A DNA stretch of 64,000 nucleotides. Origin: Amoebidium appalachense. Lineage: Eukaryota; Protista; Ichthyosporea. Below the pieces are notes generated by a model. It was not told the origin of the DNA. It saw nothing but the letters and a program-made list of their open reading frames with translations, and searched no databases. Below, piece after piece: positions 1-13,243 of this stretch. The translations under genes were made by a program, and so were the position numbers. Every line of letters begins with the position of its first letter. Positions within the stretch are counted from its first letter, which is position 1. The DNA is taken from positions 11,744,161-11,808,160 of the forward strand of contig CAVNZM010000001.1 in assembly GCA_963693365.1 (NCBI GenBank), read 5' to 3'.

Positions 1-934
1 TGTGCCACATGTGCCGGAGGAGGGTGATTACTCTGGGGGTCGGTGCCCAGGCGGGTGAGCCCCAGTTCCACCGAGGGCCAAGACACCGTGTCATATGCCC
101 TCTTAATGTCCTGTTGGACGATCCATAGTTCCTGGTCGTGGTCTATGGCATCATCTATCGTCTCTCGGATGATAGCCAGCGCCCCGTCGATACCCGGGCC
201 CGGCACGAACCCGAAATTCCCCCCCGGGAGGCGGGTGGGGTCACTGTGCTGCCGGAAGATCGAGAGTAGGCGCTGGTTGATGACCGATTCTAGCAGCTTC
301 CGTGCCGTTTCCAACTCTGAGTGCTATCGGTCGGGTTTTGTCGAAGTCACCTTCCCATTCCCCTTTCGGTAGGGGATGGATGGTGTGGTGCAGCCATGAC
401 CTCGGCGTGGTACCCGTGGCCAGGCATCCGTTGATGATATGTAGTAGCCATGCTTGCCCCTTTGGCCCCAGGTGTTGGAAGTATTCGTACTGGATTTCCG
501 TTGGGCCGGGGGCCTTCCCCCCCTGTCGGCTCTGGACGATCTGTTGAAGCTCGTCGTGGAGTGGCCGGGTGCATTATAGACCCTAATGGGGAGTCTTCGG
601 GGGGGGTCGGTCGATAGAAGTCGGCCCACATTGGGTCGGCGAGCATCTCCTCGATGTGTGGGTTCCTGCGGGCCGTCCTGCACCGGTGATAAGTTTCACG
701 AATGACGGGCTCCGTGTCAGCCCACTCCGTGAGGTACTCAGTGCCCGTTGGGGTGACGTCACGCTTGACTAACGTAGCCGAGACGCTCACACGCCCCCGG
801 TCTAAAATGCTGCTTAGTGCACGCCGGAGTTGAGGGCGGGTTGGTGCAATGGTAAGATCTCTGCGTGTCAAGCTCCAAGTCGCAGGATCGATCCTGGTTA
901 CAAGTTCCGATTTTTTTCTGCCTCGACGGTCCAC
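1..934 (-). mobile_element. Degenerate non-LTR retrotransposon (LINE-like) reverse transcriptase fragment, continues off the left edge
   Basis: Minus-strand translation across two frameshifts (~570 and ~318) gives ...DELQQIVQSRQGGKAPGPTEIQYEYFQHL...IHPLPKGEWEGDFDKTRPIAL/LETARKLLESVINQRL...NFGFVPG...QQDIKRAYDTVSW. These match the KAPGP, RPIxL, xGF and DxxKAYD motifs of non-LTR RT domains 0-3. Confidence 0.85.
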
Positions 935-1089
935 CGGTCTGGCCGCCCCCTAGAAGCCATCACCCCAGACCACGTCAAAGCAGCACCACCAATTTGTTAT
1001 CACCCGGCCGTAAGACATGACGTCATGAACAGCACCGGCCCTCTGACGTCGACGGCGCGCCGCTTGGGCATCCCGGCCCAACGTTCAAG

Positions 1090-1942
1090 TGGACCTGTGT
1101 GATCGGCTCGCCGCCGGGGGCTCGTCGGCCGTTGGTATGCGGTCAAATTCCTCGTATCAGTTCAACGATCTGTGTGATTAGACCTGGCCGGGCCCATCGC
1201 CACCCCGACGAGCCTGTCGGCCATAAAATGAGGTGTCGATTTCCATCCCGTCAGGGCTCGTCGCCAGTTAACGCTGATTGGCTAAAAGTTTTGGCGCGCT
1301 TAACATTGATTGGCTGTTTTTGGCGGCAGAGTTCACGCAGCCTTCATAAAGCAGCGACGCTGGCGGTTGAGGTCAGTTTGCATCGCCCATTTTTCCAAAT
1401 AACACGACACCGCAAACATGAGTCAGCCTCAGTACACTACACCCCAGCTTCGTGCCATTATTACGAGCGCAGCTGGGTATGACGGTTGGGTGGAGGAGCT
1501 GGCCCGTCTGGCTCGTGACCATGGCCTCTTTGACGGCCCTAGCTATGGAAACCATGGCCTGAGAGTTCTGTAAAGCCATGTTATAGCCGGCATTTACCAG
1601 AGCCGTAACAAACCCTTCCAACAACAGCAAACATGATTGAGCAGCTGATGTTATAAACAGCATGTACAGCTTTACAAGGAGGCTCTTCTTCTGAGGGTGG
1701 CTACATTTTCTACTAATTTCTCGCCCACTTCGAAAGATGCTGAGAAAAAAACTGAAAAAACTGAGACAAAAGAAAAGCTGAAAATAGAAAAAACGTTCCC
1801 GAAAATGTGACAGGCCCGGCTGGGTCGCCGAGCTTGACCGGCCCGTGGCTCACGCATCTGTCCTGCCGACAGGCTGGGCGGAGGCGCCGCCGGGCCCATC
1901 GACATCTGGCCCGGGCAGCGGGCAGCTGATCACACAGGTCCA
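1090..1942. mobile_element. Possible non-autonomous TIR element
   Basis: tggacctgtgtgatc (1090-1104) is the reverse complement of 1928-1942. A second inverted pair is agcctgtcggc (~1211) / gccgacaggct (~1865). No TSD found. Confidence 0.4.
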
Positions 1943-2646
1943 GTGGGAGACCAAATTGAATCCGAGTCACCGGCCACAATTCGGGTCAGCGTCCTGGGCA
2001 TGGGGTCTTCCCCTTTCAAGTCTTTATGTTTGTGTATGTGTCCCGGGTCGCTCCCGGCTGGTGTTGTTAAAGAGAGCTGTGCTCATTTCCCCACTAGCGT
2101 TGCTGCGGCTAGAACCGTGGGATAAGGCGTAACTAAAAATAGTGCCAGTTGGGGTCGATTAGAATCCTGACTTATGAGTGTGCTATACAGTACGATCTGT
2201 GTCTAGGCGGAAGACGGTAAGCTCCCCTGAGGCAGTGCCTCGCCGGGAGTGAAACGGGATAAAATAAAAAAAATAAAGCACGCCGGAGTTCAGTCCACCA
2301 TACGCTTGCACCGTGCTTCTGCTGCTACTGTTGCCCGTAGCCAAAGGAGTTGTTGCCGTTTCCTTTGGAGTTGGGACCTGTATAGTTGTAGTTGCTCCCG
2401 CATCATGGTTGCCTCCCACTCCTCCCACTGCCTCCCCAGGTTGTCTGAGACAGGTGGGCTGCTGGGGGGTAGGGGTGCTGCTGCAGGGTGGGTGACCCGT
2501 GCCGTGCCTGCTGGCCAGGGCTGCACTCTGCTGCTGTGGGCCGCTGCGGCTGCGTGGGTGTGGTCTGTGTGGCCCTGGCAGCCTGGGTCTGCAGGCTGGG
2601 TGGCCCCTGCTTTGGCTGCCTGTTTGGGCTGCCTGCTGGGGCTGCA

Positions 2647-3590
2647 TGTTGTAGTACGTAGTATCTACATTAGGTAAGATTTTTTCAGTTTGTGTTATAG
2701 CTCATGTACTTAGTTAATAGCTACACTCCTTGTACGAAAAGAGTGGCATCAATCTCCGATATGCTTGTATACTTGTAATCGTGAATGTATCGGCTTTAAT
2801 CGTGTGTTGCAATATCGATTAGAATATTAATATGTGTGTACACGGATCCACCCACTCAGGGAGAGACGTGTACATGTTCGTGTGTACATAAATATCTCTA
2901 GTTATAGTTATACTATTACTATCTTGTTTGTTGATCTGTGCTCTCTTTTCATTTCTCTTTCTCCTTCTTTATTTTCTTTTCTTTCTCTCCTTGTTTTCAT
3001 GTGTATAATTGTATTTCTTTTCTACTAATGTATGTTAGTTAGATTTGTGTTACTTAATATGTGTTGATTGGACGGTCACGGTAACACACTTAGGCTACAC
3101 TTGGGTTGACATGTGTGATCAGACTTTATTAGTTTACTTTAGTATTCATGTGTTGCCGTGCTTTAACCAATCATCAAGGTTAAGTGTGGTGTGTCTGAGT
3201 CTTTGCAGTGTGTCATAGGTTAGAACTTTCCCTCACTTCCTCGATAATGACACGAGTTGACCTTCGCTAGTGTCTGTGCCCTATCGTGTACATATCCGTG
3301 TACCGGATCTCTCTGAAAGTAATTAGTTCTTAGTGATTGGTTTCTTTTAGAGACAGATCTGATTTCCGACTGGTCGGAAATCACGGATAGGTTTGACTTA
3401 AGGAAATTTCGAGTATATATACGAGATCGAAATAAATTTAGTTCAGTTGTGTCCAAACATCATTGTGTACACTGCTCCGATCATTCCTGTTTCCCTTGTT
3501 CCTTGTTCCCGTGTGTTTGTGGTGTTTTTACACTGCACCACTGTGTCTCTGCTTCCCTGTCCTTGCCCCGGACACTTATATAATTTTTCA
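2647..3590. mobile_element. Solo LTR (944 bp)
   Basis: AT-rich island starting TGTTG (2647) and ending TTTCA (3590), flanked by a 5-bp direct repeat CTGCA (2642-2646 and 3591-3595). Removing it restores the repeat-unit sequence ggggctgcagcctg. Confidence 0.85.
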
Positions 3591-5640
3591 CTGCAGCCTG
3601 CGGCTGCTGCTGCTGGATTGGTGGCTCCTGTTGGTGCTGTCGGCTGGATGGCCCGTGCTGGGCCGGCCGGCCGGGGCTGCAATCTGCTGCTGCATGCAGC
3701 TGCTGCAGTGTGGGTGTGGTTTTTTGCTGCTGACCGGGTGGCCATGGCAGGGCCTGCAGGCTGGGTGGCCCCTGCTGTGGCTGCCGGTGTGGGCTGCCTG
3801 CTGGGGCTGCAGCCTGAGGCTGCTGCTGCTGGCTTGGTGGCTCCTGTTGGTACTGTCGGCTGGAGTGGGCCGTGCTGGGCCGGCCGGCCGGGGCTGCAAA
3901 CTGCTGCTGCAGGCAGCTGCTGCAGTGTGGGTGGGGTCGGGTGCTGCTGGTTGGGTGGCCCTGGCAGGTCCTGCAGGCTGGGTGGCCCCTGCTGTGGCTG
4001 CCGGTGTGGGCTGCCTGCGGGGGCTGCAGCCTGAGGCTGCTACTGCTGCTGCTGGCTTGGTGGCTCCTGTTGGTGCTGTCGGCTGCAGCTGGGTGGCCCG
4101 TGCTGGGCCGGCCGGCCGGGGCTGCAATCTGCTGCCGCAGGCAACTGCTGCAGTGTGCCACGTGTGGTCGGTTGCTGCTGGCTGGGTGGCCCCTGCTGTG
4201 GCTGCCGGTGTGGGCTGCCTGCTGGGGCTGCAGCCTGAGGCTGCTGCTGCTGGCTTGGTGGCTCCTGTTGGTACTGTCGGCTGGGTGGCCCGTGCTGGGC
4301 CGGCCGGCCGGGGCTGCAATCTGCTGCCGCAGGCAGCTGCTGCAGTGTGGGTGTGGTCGGTTGCTGCTGGCTGGGTGGCCCTGGCGGGGCCTGCAGGTTG
4401 GGTGGCCCCTGCTGTGGCTGCCGGTGTGGGCTGCCTGCTGGGGCTGCAGCCTGTGGCTGCTGCTGCTGGCTTGGTGGCTCCTGTTTGTGTTGTCGGCTGG
4501 GTGGCCCGTGCTGGGCCGGCCGGCTGGGGCTGCAATCTGCTGCTGCAGGCAACCGCTGCAGTGTGGGTGTGGTCGGTTGCTGCAGGCTGGGTGACCCTGG
4601 CAGGGCTTGCAGGCTGGGTGGCCCCTGCTGTGGCTGCCGGTGTGGGCTGCCTGCTGGGGCTGCAGCCTGCGGCTGCTGCTGCTGGCTGGGTGGCTCCTGT
4701 TGGTGCTGTCGGCTGGGTGGCCCGTGCTGGGCCTGCCGGCCGGAGCTGCACGCCGCTGTTGCAGGCGGCTGCTGCAGTGTGGGTGTGGTCGGTTGTTGCT
4801 GGCTGGGTGGCCCTGGCAGGGCCTGCAGGCTGGGTGGCCCCTGCTGTGGCTGCCGTTGTGGGCTGCCTGCTGGGACTGCAGCCTGAAGCTGCTGCTGCCG
4901 GCTGGGTGGTTCCTGCTGGTGCTGTTGGCTGGGTGACCCGTGCTGGGCCTGCCGGCCGGAGCTGCACGCCGCTGTTGCAGGCGGTTGCTGCAGTGTGGGT
5001 GTGGTCGGTTGTTGCTGGCTGGGTGGCCCTGGCAGGGCCTGCAGGCTGGGTGGCCCCTGCTGTGGCTGCCGTTGTGGGCTGCCTGCTGGGACTGCAGCCT
5101 GAAGCTGCTGCTGCCGGCTGGGTGGTTCCTGCTGGTGCTGTTGGCTGGGTGACCCGTGCTGGGCCTGCCGGCCGGGGCTACACTCCGCTTCTGCAGGCAG
5201 CTGCTGCGGTGTGGGTGTGGCCGGTTGCTGCTGGCCGGGTGGCCCTGGCAGGGCCTGCAGGCTGGGTGGCCCCTGCTGTGGCTGCCGGTGTGGGTTGCCT
5301 GCTGGGGCTGCCAGCTGAGGCTGCTGCTGCTGGCTTGGTGGCTCCTGTTGGTGCTATCGGCGGGAGGGCCTGTGCTGGGCCGGCCGGCTGGGGCTGCAAT
5401 CTGCTGCTGCAGGCAGCTGCTGCAGTGTGGGTGTGGTCGGTTGCTGCTGGCTGGGTGACCCTAGCAGGGCCTGCAGGCTGGGTGGCCCCTGCTGTGGCTG
5501 CAGGTGTGGGCTGTCTGCTGGGGCTACAGCCTGAGGCAGCTGCTGCTGGCTGGGTGGCTCCTGTTGGTGCTGTCGGCTGGGTGGCCCGTGCTGGGCCTGC
5601 CGACCGGAGCTGCACGCCGCTGCTGCAGGTAGCTGCTGCA
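3591..5640. repeat. 216-bp GC-rich tandem repeat, about 9.5 copies (plus a diverged copy at ~2470-2646)
   Basis: Marker tgcagtgtgggtgtggtcggttg (or close variants) recurs at 216-bp spacing (~4340, 4556, 4772, 4988, 5204, 5420). Confidence 0.95.
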
Positions 5641-6250
5641 GTGTGTGTGTGTGAGTGTGCACGTGTGTGCTTCGAATCCACACGTGACGTGTGTACAACG
5701 TCATCAGTTGTCACTACACAGTTAAGCATGTGCCGCTCACTCAGAGACACCGATGGGGAAGGCACTGTGTGTGTGTGGGCGGACGAGGGAGGGAACGGAG
5801 GCAGCACAGGGGGGGGGGGGGGGGGGGGGGGGGAGGAGGGGGGAGGGAGTGGGGAGGGAATGAGGTTGATCATGAGCTGGGGGTGGCCCAGTGGGGGTGT
5901 CACGGGGGGGGGGGGGGGGGGGGGGGAGGGGGGAAAGGAGGAAGGAAAGGGGGGAGGGCATCTACCCATGCTGAGGTAGATAGTCTGCATATGCGCATTT
6001 TTATTACATCATATTACTAAGATTTCCATAAGTTATAATGTTGGCACATGGTTGCAACGGTTTTGAATATACATGGATACCGTGTTATGTATCCTGCGCG
6101 GCTGGTGGGGATAAATCTCATGATCGGCAAAATGATATTCTTACCTTTTTTTTTTATTTAAGAGTTTTATAGAAACTTTTCTGTTGCGCACCACAACTTC
6201 CCGCCCACAAAAGTTTCTATATTTGGCTAATCGGTGAAAAAAAAAAAAAA

Positions 6251-6283
<33 letters not shown>

Positions 6284-6416
6284 TTACACAAACCAAGAGT
6301 CGACTACACTACTCCAGGTCAGCGCCATGCACATCATTTTAACTATTTGAATAAAGAAAAAATAGAAATAAAAATCTAAAATATAAAACAAAAATACAAA
6401 CGAAGAGTGGGCTAGA

Positions 6417-7614
6417 CTACTCGAGGCCCGCAAGCAATTGGCAAACTTCAGTCGCACAGCCCCAGCACGCCGTCACACCCGCCCCACCGTGCCCATAATT
6501 GTGAACCACATGCACATCACCATCCGCCTCAAAATCCCGATCGATCTCCAACCTAATCGGATCTCTCACAGGCCTCAATCCAGACCATGTTGCGGTCACT
6601 TCCGCGTCTTGAAAGGCTTTTTTCATCTTTTCACCCTCAATCGAACCCGCCATTTCTGCAACACATTCCTTTATTCTTTCAGCCTCCCCAGGCATAACCT
6701 CTTCGTTCCAGTTTCCTTCTTGATAGCAGCCGCCACACGTTGCAAGGTGTTTCCCTCGAGGTATGATGTAGCGAATATCCGGCGCACGCGTGTCGTCACA
6801 CAAAACATAGTTGAATCCGATTGGCCGCTTCACCTTGAGAACAACACCCCTAGAGATGGAAGGGTAAAAAAAATGTAAGTTACATGTAGAACATGGATTA
6901 TAACTCGATAAGGTACCCAAAAGTGTGGATAGGCAACAGAGAGGAAGGTTGAAAAAAGACCAACCAGGCATGACTAGGGAAATCCCTATCAGGCCATCCC
7001 CCCCCCCCCCCCCCCCCCCAACCCCCAAACACACACACTTCAAAAATGTCCATTGACACCAGTTCTTCATCCCCCCCCCCCCCCCCCCCCCCCCGAGGCT
7101 TCCGTTGGTTTACAAATATATCCCCTACAGAATTGCACGTCTTTATCCAGACAACATCCCCTTTATCCAAATGACGCGGTGTGCCCGTTTTTGTGTTTGT
7201 GATGTAGTATCTTCTCTAGGTACGAGTGTGTCGGTGAGTGGGTGAGTGAGTGAGCGAGTGAGTGAGTGTGTGTGTGTGTGTGTGTGCGCGCGCGCGCACG
7301 TGCGTGCGAACGTATGTGTGTATGTGTATGTGTGTGCGCGATGTGTGCATCCAAACCCGCATCATAACCCTATAGAAATTTGTACAAAGTCAAGGAGGCG
7401 AAAGCGAGGGGGGGGGGGGGGGGGGGGGGGGGGGATGAGGAGAGAAAGAAAGAGAAGACGGGTGGGCGGGTGGGAAGAAAGAGAGAACGAGAGATCGGCA
7501 GAGGGATTCGAGAGGAAAAATTTCTCAAAGAAAGGAAAGGAAGAGTGTGCGTGTGTGTTGTACATTTTTGTGTATACACGTGTGTATTTAGTTTATCATT
7601 ATTATTATTATAAT

Positions 7615-7662
<48 letters not shown>

Positions 7663-7672
7663 GTGTGTGTGT

Positions 7673-7715
<43 letters not shown>

Positions 7716-8170
7716 GGGAGGGAGGATATAGTGCAGTCCTACCTTCCAGGCTTTATCAAATCATCACCAAGTAACTTGTTGGCACCGAGGCCAGTACAGT
7801 TAACCAACACCCACAAATCCCCCTTCAATACCTCCTTAGCATTCACCACCGCAGATTGAAAAGGCGGAGTTAACTCCTTTCCCTCCACGATTGGAATACC
7901 GAGTTTATCCAGCTTAGCACGCAGCCATTTCATGTATACGTCCATGTCTGCTACTGCTGTTTGGTAGACCCATGCGCTGCTGTAGCCTTCTGGCACCCAC
8001 TTACTCCCCGGTTCCTGGACCTATAATACCCAGAAAAATCAGCTGTATGGCATTTGTCATTTTTTTCATTGTTACTCTTTTTTATTTATTTGTTTCTATT
8101 GATATAATATGATTATTATTAATATTTTCGGCCTACAGCCCAGAAAAAACAACTCTAGGCCATTTGTCTC

Positions 8171-8201
<31 letters not shown>

Positions 8202-8286
8202 ATTTTTTTTTTTGACGACAAGCAGTGTGAGTGCTACCATATGTTGGGTAATCAGATATCGTAAAATAGCATATTCCCCCCCCATC

Positions 8287-8317
<31 letters not shown>

Positions 8318-8547
8318 AAACCCCATCTATCCTCCCCCCCCCCCCCCCCCTAAGGGTTAGGGTTTCCCTCCCCCCCCCCCTCCCCCCTCCCCCACCAAAA
8401 CACCGTGGCACACACCGTGGCACACACACACACAAACACACCGGCTCCTCACCAGTCTGCCCTGCACTTTCATGGCCCTCACCCAGGTGCCCGCCCGCTA
8501 ACTCTCCCTTATCAACTAACACACACATCCCTCCCGATCTGATGATT

Positions 8548-8598
<51 letters not shown>

Positions 8599-9866
8599 TT
8601 CCCCACCTCCCCCCAGCCCCCTCCCCTCCCCTCCCCCGGCCACAGCTTTCACCTGGCCCACCACCCACCACTAACACCTACGGGAGCCTAGTCGAATTAT
8701 GATAACTTTACCCTCTTTTTCCCGGGACTCCCCCCCCTCCCCCCGCCCCACCCTCACCCACCTACCCACAACTTAGGCATACAACCCTCCTGATCCGAAG
8801 ACTGCCCCCCCCCCCCCCCCCCCCCCCTCCTCCCCCCTCCCCCCCTCTCCCCCTCCTCCCCCCCCCCCCCCCCCCTCGCTCGCCCCCTCCCAACCCCCCA
8901 TGTAGCACAGTTTTCTTTTGGCACACAGGTGTACAGAACCATACACACCTCGAGCTCAGTGATGTCCTTCCACCATGGCAGATTTTCCTCTGTCTCCTTT
9001 GTGTACATCTGCACAGTTGGCATGCAGGTTACCCCCGATTCCTCGTCCATCGCATGTTCGCGCATGACCTCCAAGGTTTCCCGGCACCAGGGCTCAACCT
9101 TATCCTCCGGCTCAATGTGGTAGGGGCACCAGAACCCACCTGTGATGGATCACGGGTAGGTAGCACATAGAAAATAAGTACTAGTGGCCGTCATGTGCCC
9201 TTGGGCGAGCCGATCCTTCTTTTGAGCTCGCTTATTCGTGAGCTAGTCCGAGATCTAGGTGTGAAAAAGAAAGCTGTAATTAGAAAGATCATCGACAAAA
9301 GCGAGAGAGAAGGAGAGCGGTCCTACCAAAAGGGATACATGGGCCAGACCACACACGTGAGAAGAGGGAGTGGAAAACTAGAACAAAGATTGTCATGTTC
9401 GTGAGCTCATCTCTTGAAGCAGGTAAGGCTGGAGAATAGGGTGAGGGGGGAAGGGGAAAGGGGGAAGGGGGGGGGGGGGGGGGAGGGGGGAGGTGTGCGA
9501 GGGGATCTCGGGCCGGGGGGGGGGGGGGGAGGGGACCAGGGAGAGAGGGGATTGGAGGTTAGTACATGTGTACCCTTGAAGAGCGCGGCGCAGGCGGGCG
9601 GGGCGGGGCAGGGCGGGGCGGCGTGGGGGGGCGGGGGCGGAGGGGGGAAGGGGGGGGGAGGGGGGGGGGGGGAAAGGACGGGGAAGGGGAGGGTTGCAGG
9701 CAGGATTGAGGAAAGGCATACCACAGCCAGCAGAGGTAACGCCTGGATAGGTGTCCTTGGTCCATAGCGTCACGCGGTAGCCGGCCTCGCGCAGTCTTAT
9801 GGCCGTGCTGACGCCCACTATCCCTGCCCCGAGAACAACTACGTGCTTTGCTTCTGTTGGGGCCAT
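6417..9866 (-). CDS. DAO: D-amino-acid oxidase / D-aspartate oxidase family flavoprotein, 4 exons, 348 aa
   Basis: Exons 9866-9722, 9139-8949, 8020-7743, 6849-6417, all GT-AG and phase-compatible (1047 nt). Motifs: VVVLGAGIVG (FAD GxGxxG), TSAGCGGFW, VNCTGLG, PGRG, YIIP, GLRPVR, HNYGHGGAG..WGCA. Confidence 0.93.
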
Positions 9867-10831
9867 GTTTGTCTATGAATGTGACCGATTGCATTGGCCG
9901 CTCCTTGACCAAGGACACTATAGCACTAGTATTTGCTCGCACTGTTGCATACTATAAAAGAGCAATGGTACACGTGTAACTACAAATATGTTTTCGTATG
10001 ATACCTCTCGAAGCAGGATTGCATCTAAAGTAAGAAGCCAGCCTGGTTTGTTTCAAAAAGACCTCCCACTCCTGATCAGGTGTTCAAGTTTGTTTGCGTG
10101 AAAACGGCTGACGTCAGATCACCTCATATCTGCCATGTAGTTATGGCAAGTGGCGCGTGAGCACTTTTTGGGAGGTCGGTCATGCTTTCGGAATTGAACT
10201 AGGAAAGGCAACACGCAATCGTACGGACTGTTCTGTTTACGCCAATCATCTTGCTGCGATGTAACCGTTTGTAGCTGTCGATTGGTCACAAGCTTGTTAC
10301 TTCGCTCTCCGATTAGGTATGGGCTTATCCAAATCATGCAGTCTGCGCCTGTGCACAGCACTGATATGCAACTATTGGCCGTTCTCGGGGCTGCAAGACA
10401 GCAAGATACCGGTCCGAAAGCAGCTCGGCAACAATAGTACGTGATATGGTCTTTATTGAAAATCGATACTAAGTCCCAAAGAGAAGTACAAGCCAGCCGT
10501 GTTAAACAAATACACCGCACGGGGAAAGTTGCAGATAGAAAAATAAATGCTAAATATTAATTTGTGAATTTTAGATGGCTTTTTTGGGGTTTCCCCTTGC
10601 GGTGCAAAACAGTTATTAGAGAGCGGGTCCAACCTTCAAGAACGTGTACGGAATGCACAAAAACAAATATCACCACTACACTGCGAGAAAACGGGCTTCT
10701 GAAAGGATTGTGAGAGGTGCAGAAAGAAATAAAGGTGGGGAGGATGTTTGGACGGGGGAAGGGGGAGGGGTGTGTGTGTGTGTGTTGTGGTGGTGGTGGT
10801 GGTGGTGGTGGGGGGGGGGGGGGGGGGGGGG

Positions 10832-10869
<38 letters not shown>

Positions 10870-10905
10870 AAATATAAGATGCCAGCAAAGGAGGTAAACT
10901 AACAG

Positions 10906-10946
<41 letters not shown>

Positions 10947-13087
10947 TTCCCCCCCCCCCTTCCCCCTCCTCCTCCTTCCCCCGGCCCTCAAGTGCAGCTA
11001 ACTACTATTGGACTACTGGAAGCAACAATCACAGTAGATACGAGCAGGTGGCCATACCCTATATGCCATTTGTAACACATTACATACTGAAGCTTCAAAG
11101 TGGGTGGGCGGGCTATTAGTAAAACAATCGCTGGAGCCATAGTACTATATGATCAGTTTATCCCACAATAAAAAATGCCAAACCCCTACCGATGCATCGG
11201 AACGAAGAGAGTTAACTGTGAAACGGGTGACCAGCCCAACAACTTTTGCACACGGTTGGACGTGCGCAAGAACTTGCTCTGTTGCGTTTGACAGGATGGC
11301 TGGTCCTCACAAATATAATTGCTGAATCTCGGGACAACATGCACGGCACCTCAAATTGTTGCACCATGTGATGCAAAGAAAGTACACATCTAAAAGCAGA
11401 AAGCCTTATAATTGCTGGAAAGCATCTTTGTCTCCTTCCCCCATCCCCCCCCTCCCCCCTCCCCCCCCCCCTTGGATCCATACCGGAGGTGATGGCAGGT
11501 GAAGGGGGTGAGTTATCCTGGAGGCCGAGCTGGGGGGGGGAGGGGGGGGGAGGAGGAGGGGGAGGGGGGGGGGAGGAGGGGGGAGGGGGGCGGGAGGTGA
11601 TGGCAGGTGAAGGGGTGACCTATCCGCTGGAAAGGGGGGAGGGGGGAGAGGGGAGGGAAATTAGGGGGGTTAGGGGGGGAGGGGGGGGGGGGGGGATTAG
11701 GGAGACTGTTTATCGGCTTTGATTTTTTCCGTAGACGACATTTTGGTGCAGATGGATCAGTGTCTTACTGTAAGAAGAATCTGTAAACTATGTAACTGAG
11801 TTTCAATCTATTGCCGCTTTCTGAGATTTGAGGTACCGGTCTCAAAGGTAATATGTTTTATTGCCTACTTATGGGCCAAGTAAACTAACAGTTATACTAG
11901 GTGTCATCATCTGCTTCCAACATCAACAGTGTATTTTGTCTTACGGTACTGTTTCAATGCCCAGTCCCATGTTTCTGATTGCCACAATACCGACGTATGT
12001 ATCAAAACACTCAATTGAGTGATGCCGTTTGACCCACAAACTAATGCAAAACTTAGTGGATACGCATAAATCTTAAATGTGCAAGTGCTATTTATACGTG
12101 GGTGGCCTGTACAAATCCTGTGCAGGCCTTGTGGTGTGTGCAGCCGCTGACCAACAGTAAACTCACCCACGTGCTGGTCACCGGCCCACATCAACTGCCG
12201 AATTCTTGTGCCACTAGCATGCACCCGTAGAAATACTGGCATCATTATGAAGTGGGGCATTCTGCAGGCTCCACACTCTCGCTTTCCCTCCCATTCCCCC
12301 CCCATCCCCCCCCCCCCCCCCCCCCCTCTCTCACTCACCCGCCCCCCTCCCTTTCTGGACCATAACACCTGTCACAGGTCTAATGCCCGGCGGTGTGCAG
12401 CTTTGCACAATTACAAAGCACAGACTTAGAGTGCCCATCAAGTTTTTTTTCTGAGCCTAACAACCAGCCTTTGAGGCTCTGAGTCTTTTGGCTTGGGCGG
12501 GGTTGGTACGGATGGGAAAATGGGAAAGAGGGGAAGGTAGGGCACGGGGGGCGAAAAAATGCACAACCACAAAGTGTTTCCGAATGCAAACCCCCCCCCC
12601 CTCCCTCCCCCCCCGTCCCCCCTCAACCCATTCTCTCTCTTCCCCGCTCCCCTCCCCCTCCTGCTCTCTTATCTCTTTTTTCTAGTGAGAACCCCCCCCC
12701 CCCCCCCCCCTCTCCCCCCCAATTATTCCCGCCGCGAGAAAACACACACATCACCACTACCGATAGAAAAAACGTGTTCCTGTCGCGGATTGTGAGATGT
12801 GCACGAAAGTTGGGAAGAAGGGGAGCAAGTTTTTTTTTGTTTCTGTTTTTTTTGTTTTAAATTTTCTTGTTTTTTTTTGGCGGGGCGGGGGGGGGGGGGG
12901 GGGGGGGAGGGGGGGGGGGGGGGGGAGGCGGGGAGCGGGGTGGAGGGGGAGGGGGGAAGGGGAGAGGGGGAAGGGGGGGGGTGGTTAGTTGCCAAAAAAG
13001 GAGGCAAACTAGCAGCCCCCCCCCCCCCCCCCCAAAAAAAAAAAAAAAAAAAAAAAAAGAGGAAGAAAACACCACACACGCACAACT

Positions 13088-13132
<45 letters not shown>

Positions 13133-13210
13133 ACCACCACCACCACCACCACCACCCACCCACCCACCCAAAAAAAAAAAAAAAAAAAAAAAAAAAGAAA
13201 AAAAAAGGAA

Positions 13211-13243
<33 letters not shown>

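Larger units (their letters stand above)
2290..5970 (-). pseudogene. Disrupted Thr/Ala/Pro/Gln-rich repeat protein (72-aa unit) with a coiled-coil-like C-terminus
   Basis: Unit TAAAACSSRLQPRPAGPARATQPTAPTGATKPAAAASGCSPSRQPTPAATAGATQPAGPARATQPAATDHTH leads into a unique C-terminus WEEWEATMMREQLQLYRSQLQRKRQQLLWLRATVAAEARCKRMVD* (stop 2290). Broken by TAG at 5178-5180, a 1-nt indel near 3865 and the solo LTR. The 5' end is uncertain. Confidence 0.5.

Noticed and set aside
3463-5979. 838-aa + strand ORF as a real gene
   Set aside because: It starts inside the solo LTR, ends in poly-G, and is the antisense mirror of a stop-poor repeat. Not strictly excluded.
8350-8365. Telomeric TTAGGG seed (also ~14488-14520)
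   Set aside because: Only one or two imperfect units.
10119-12368. Non-repetitive ORFs 10119-10520 and 11907-12368
   Set aside because: No recognisable motif or consistent splice chain. They may be remnants of the orphan gene or other TEs, but this is unsupported.
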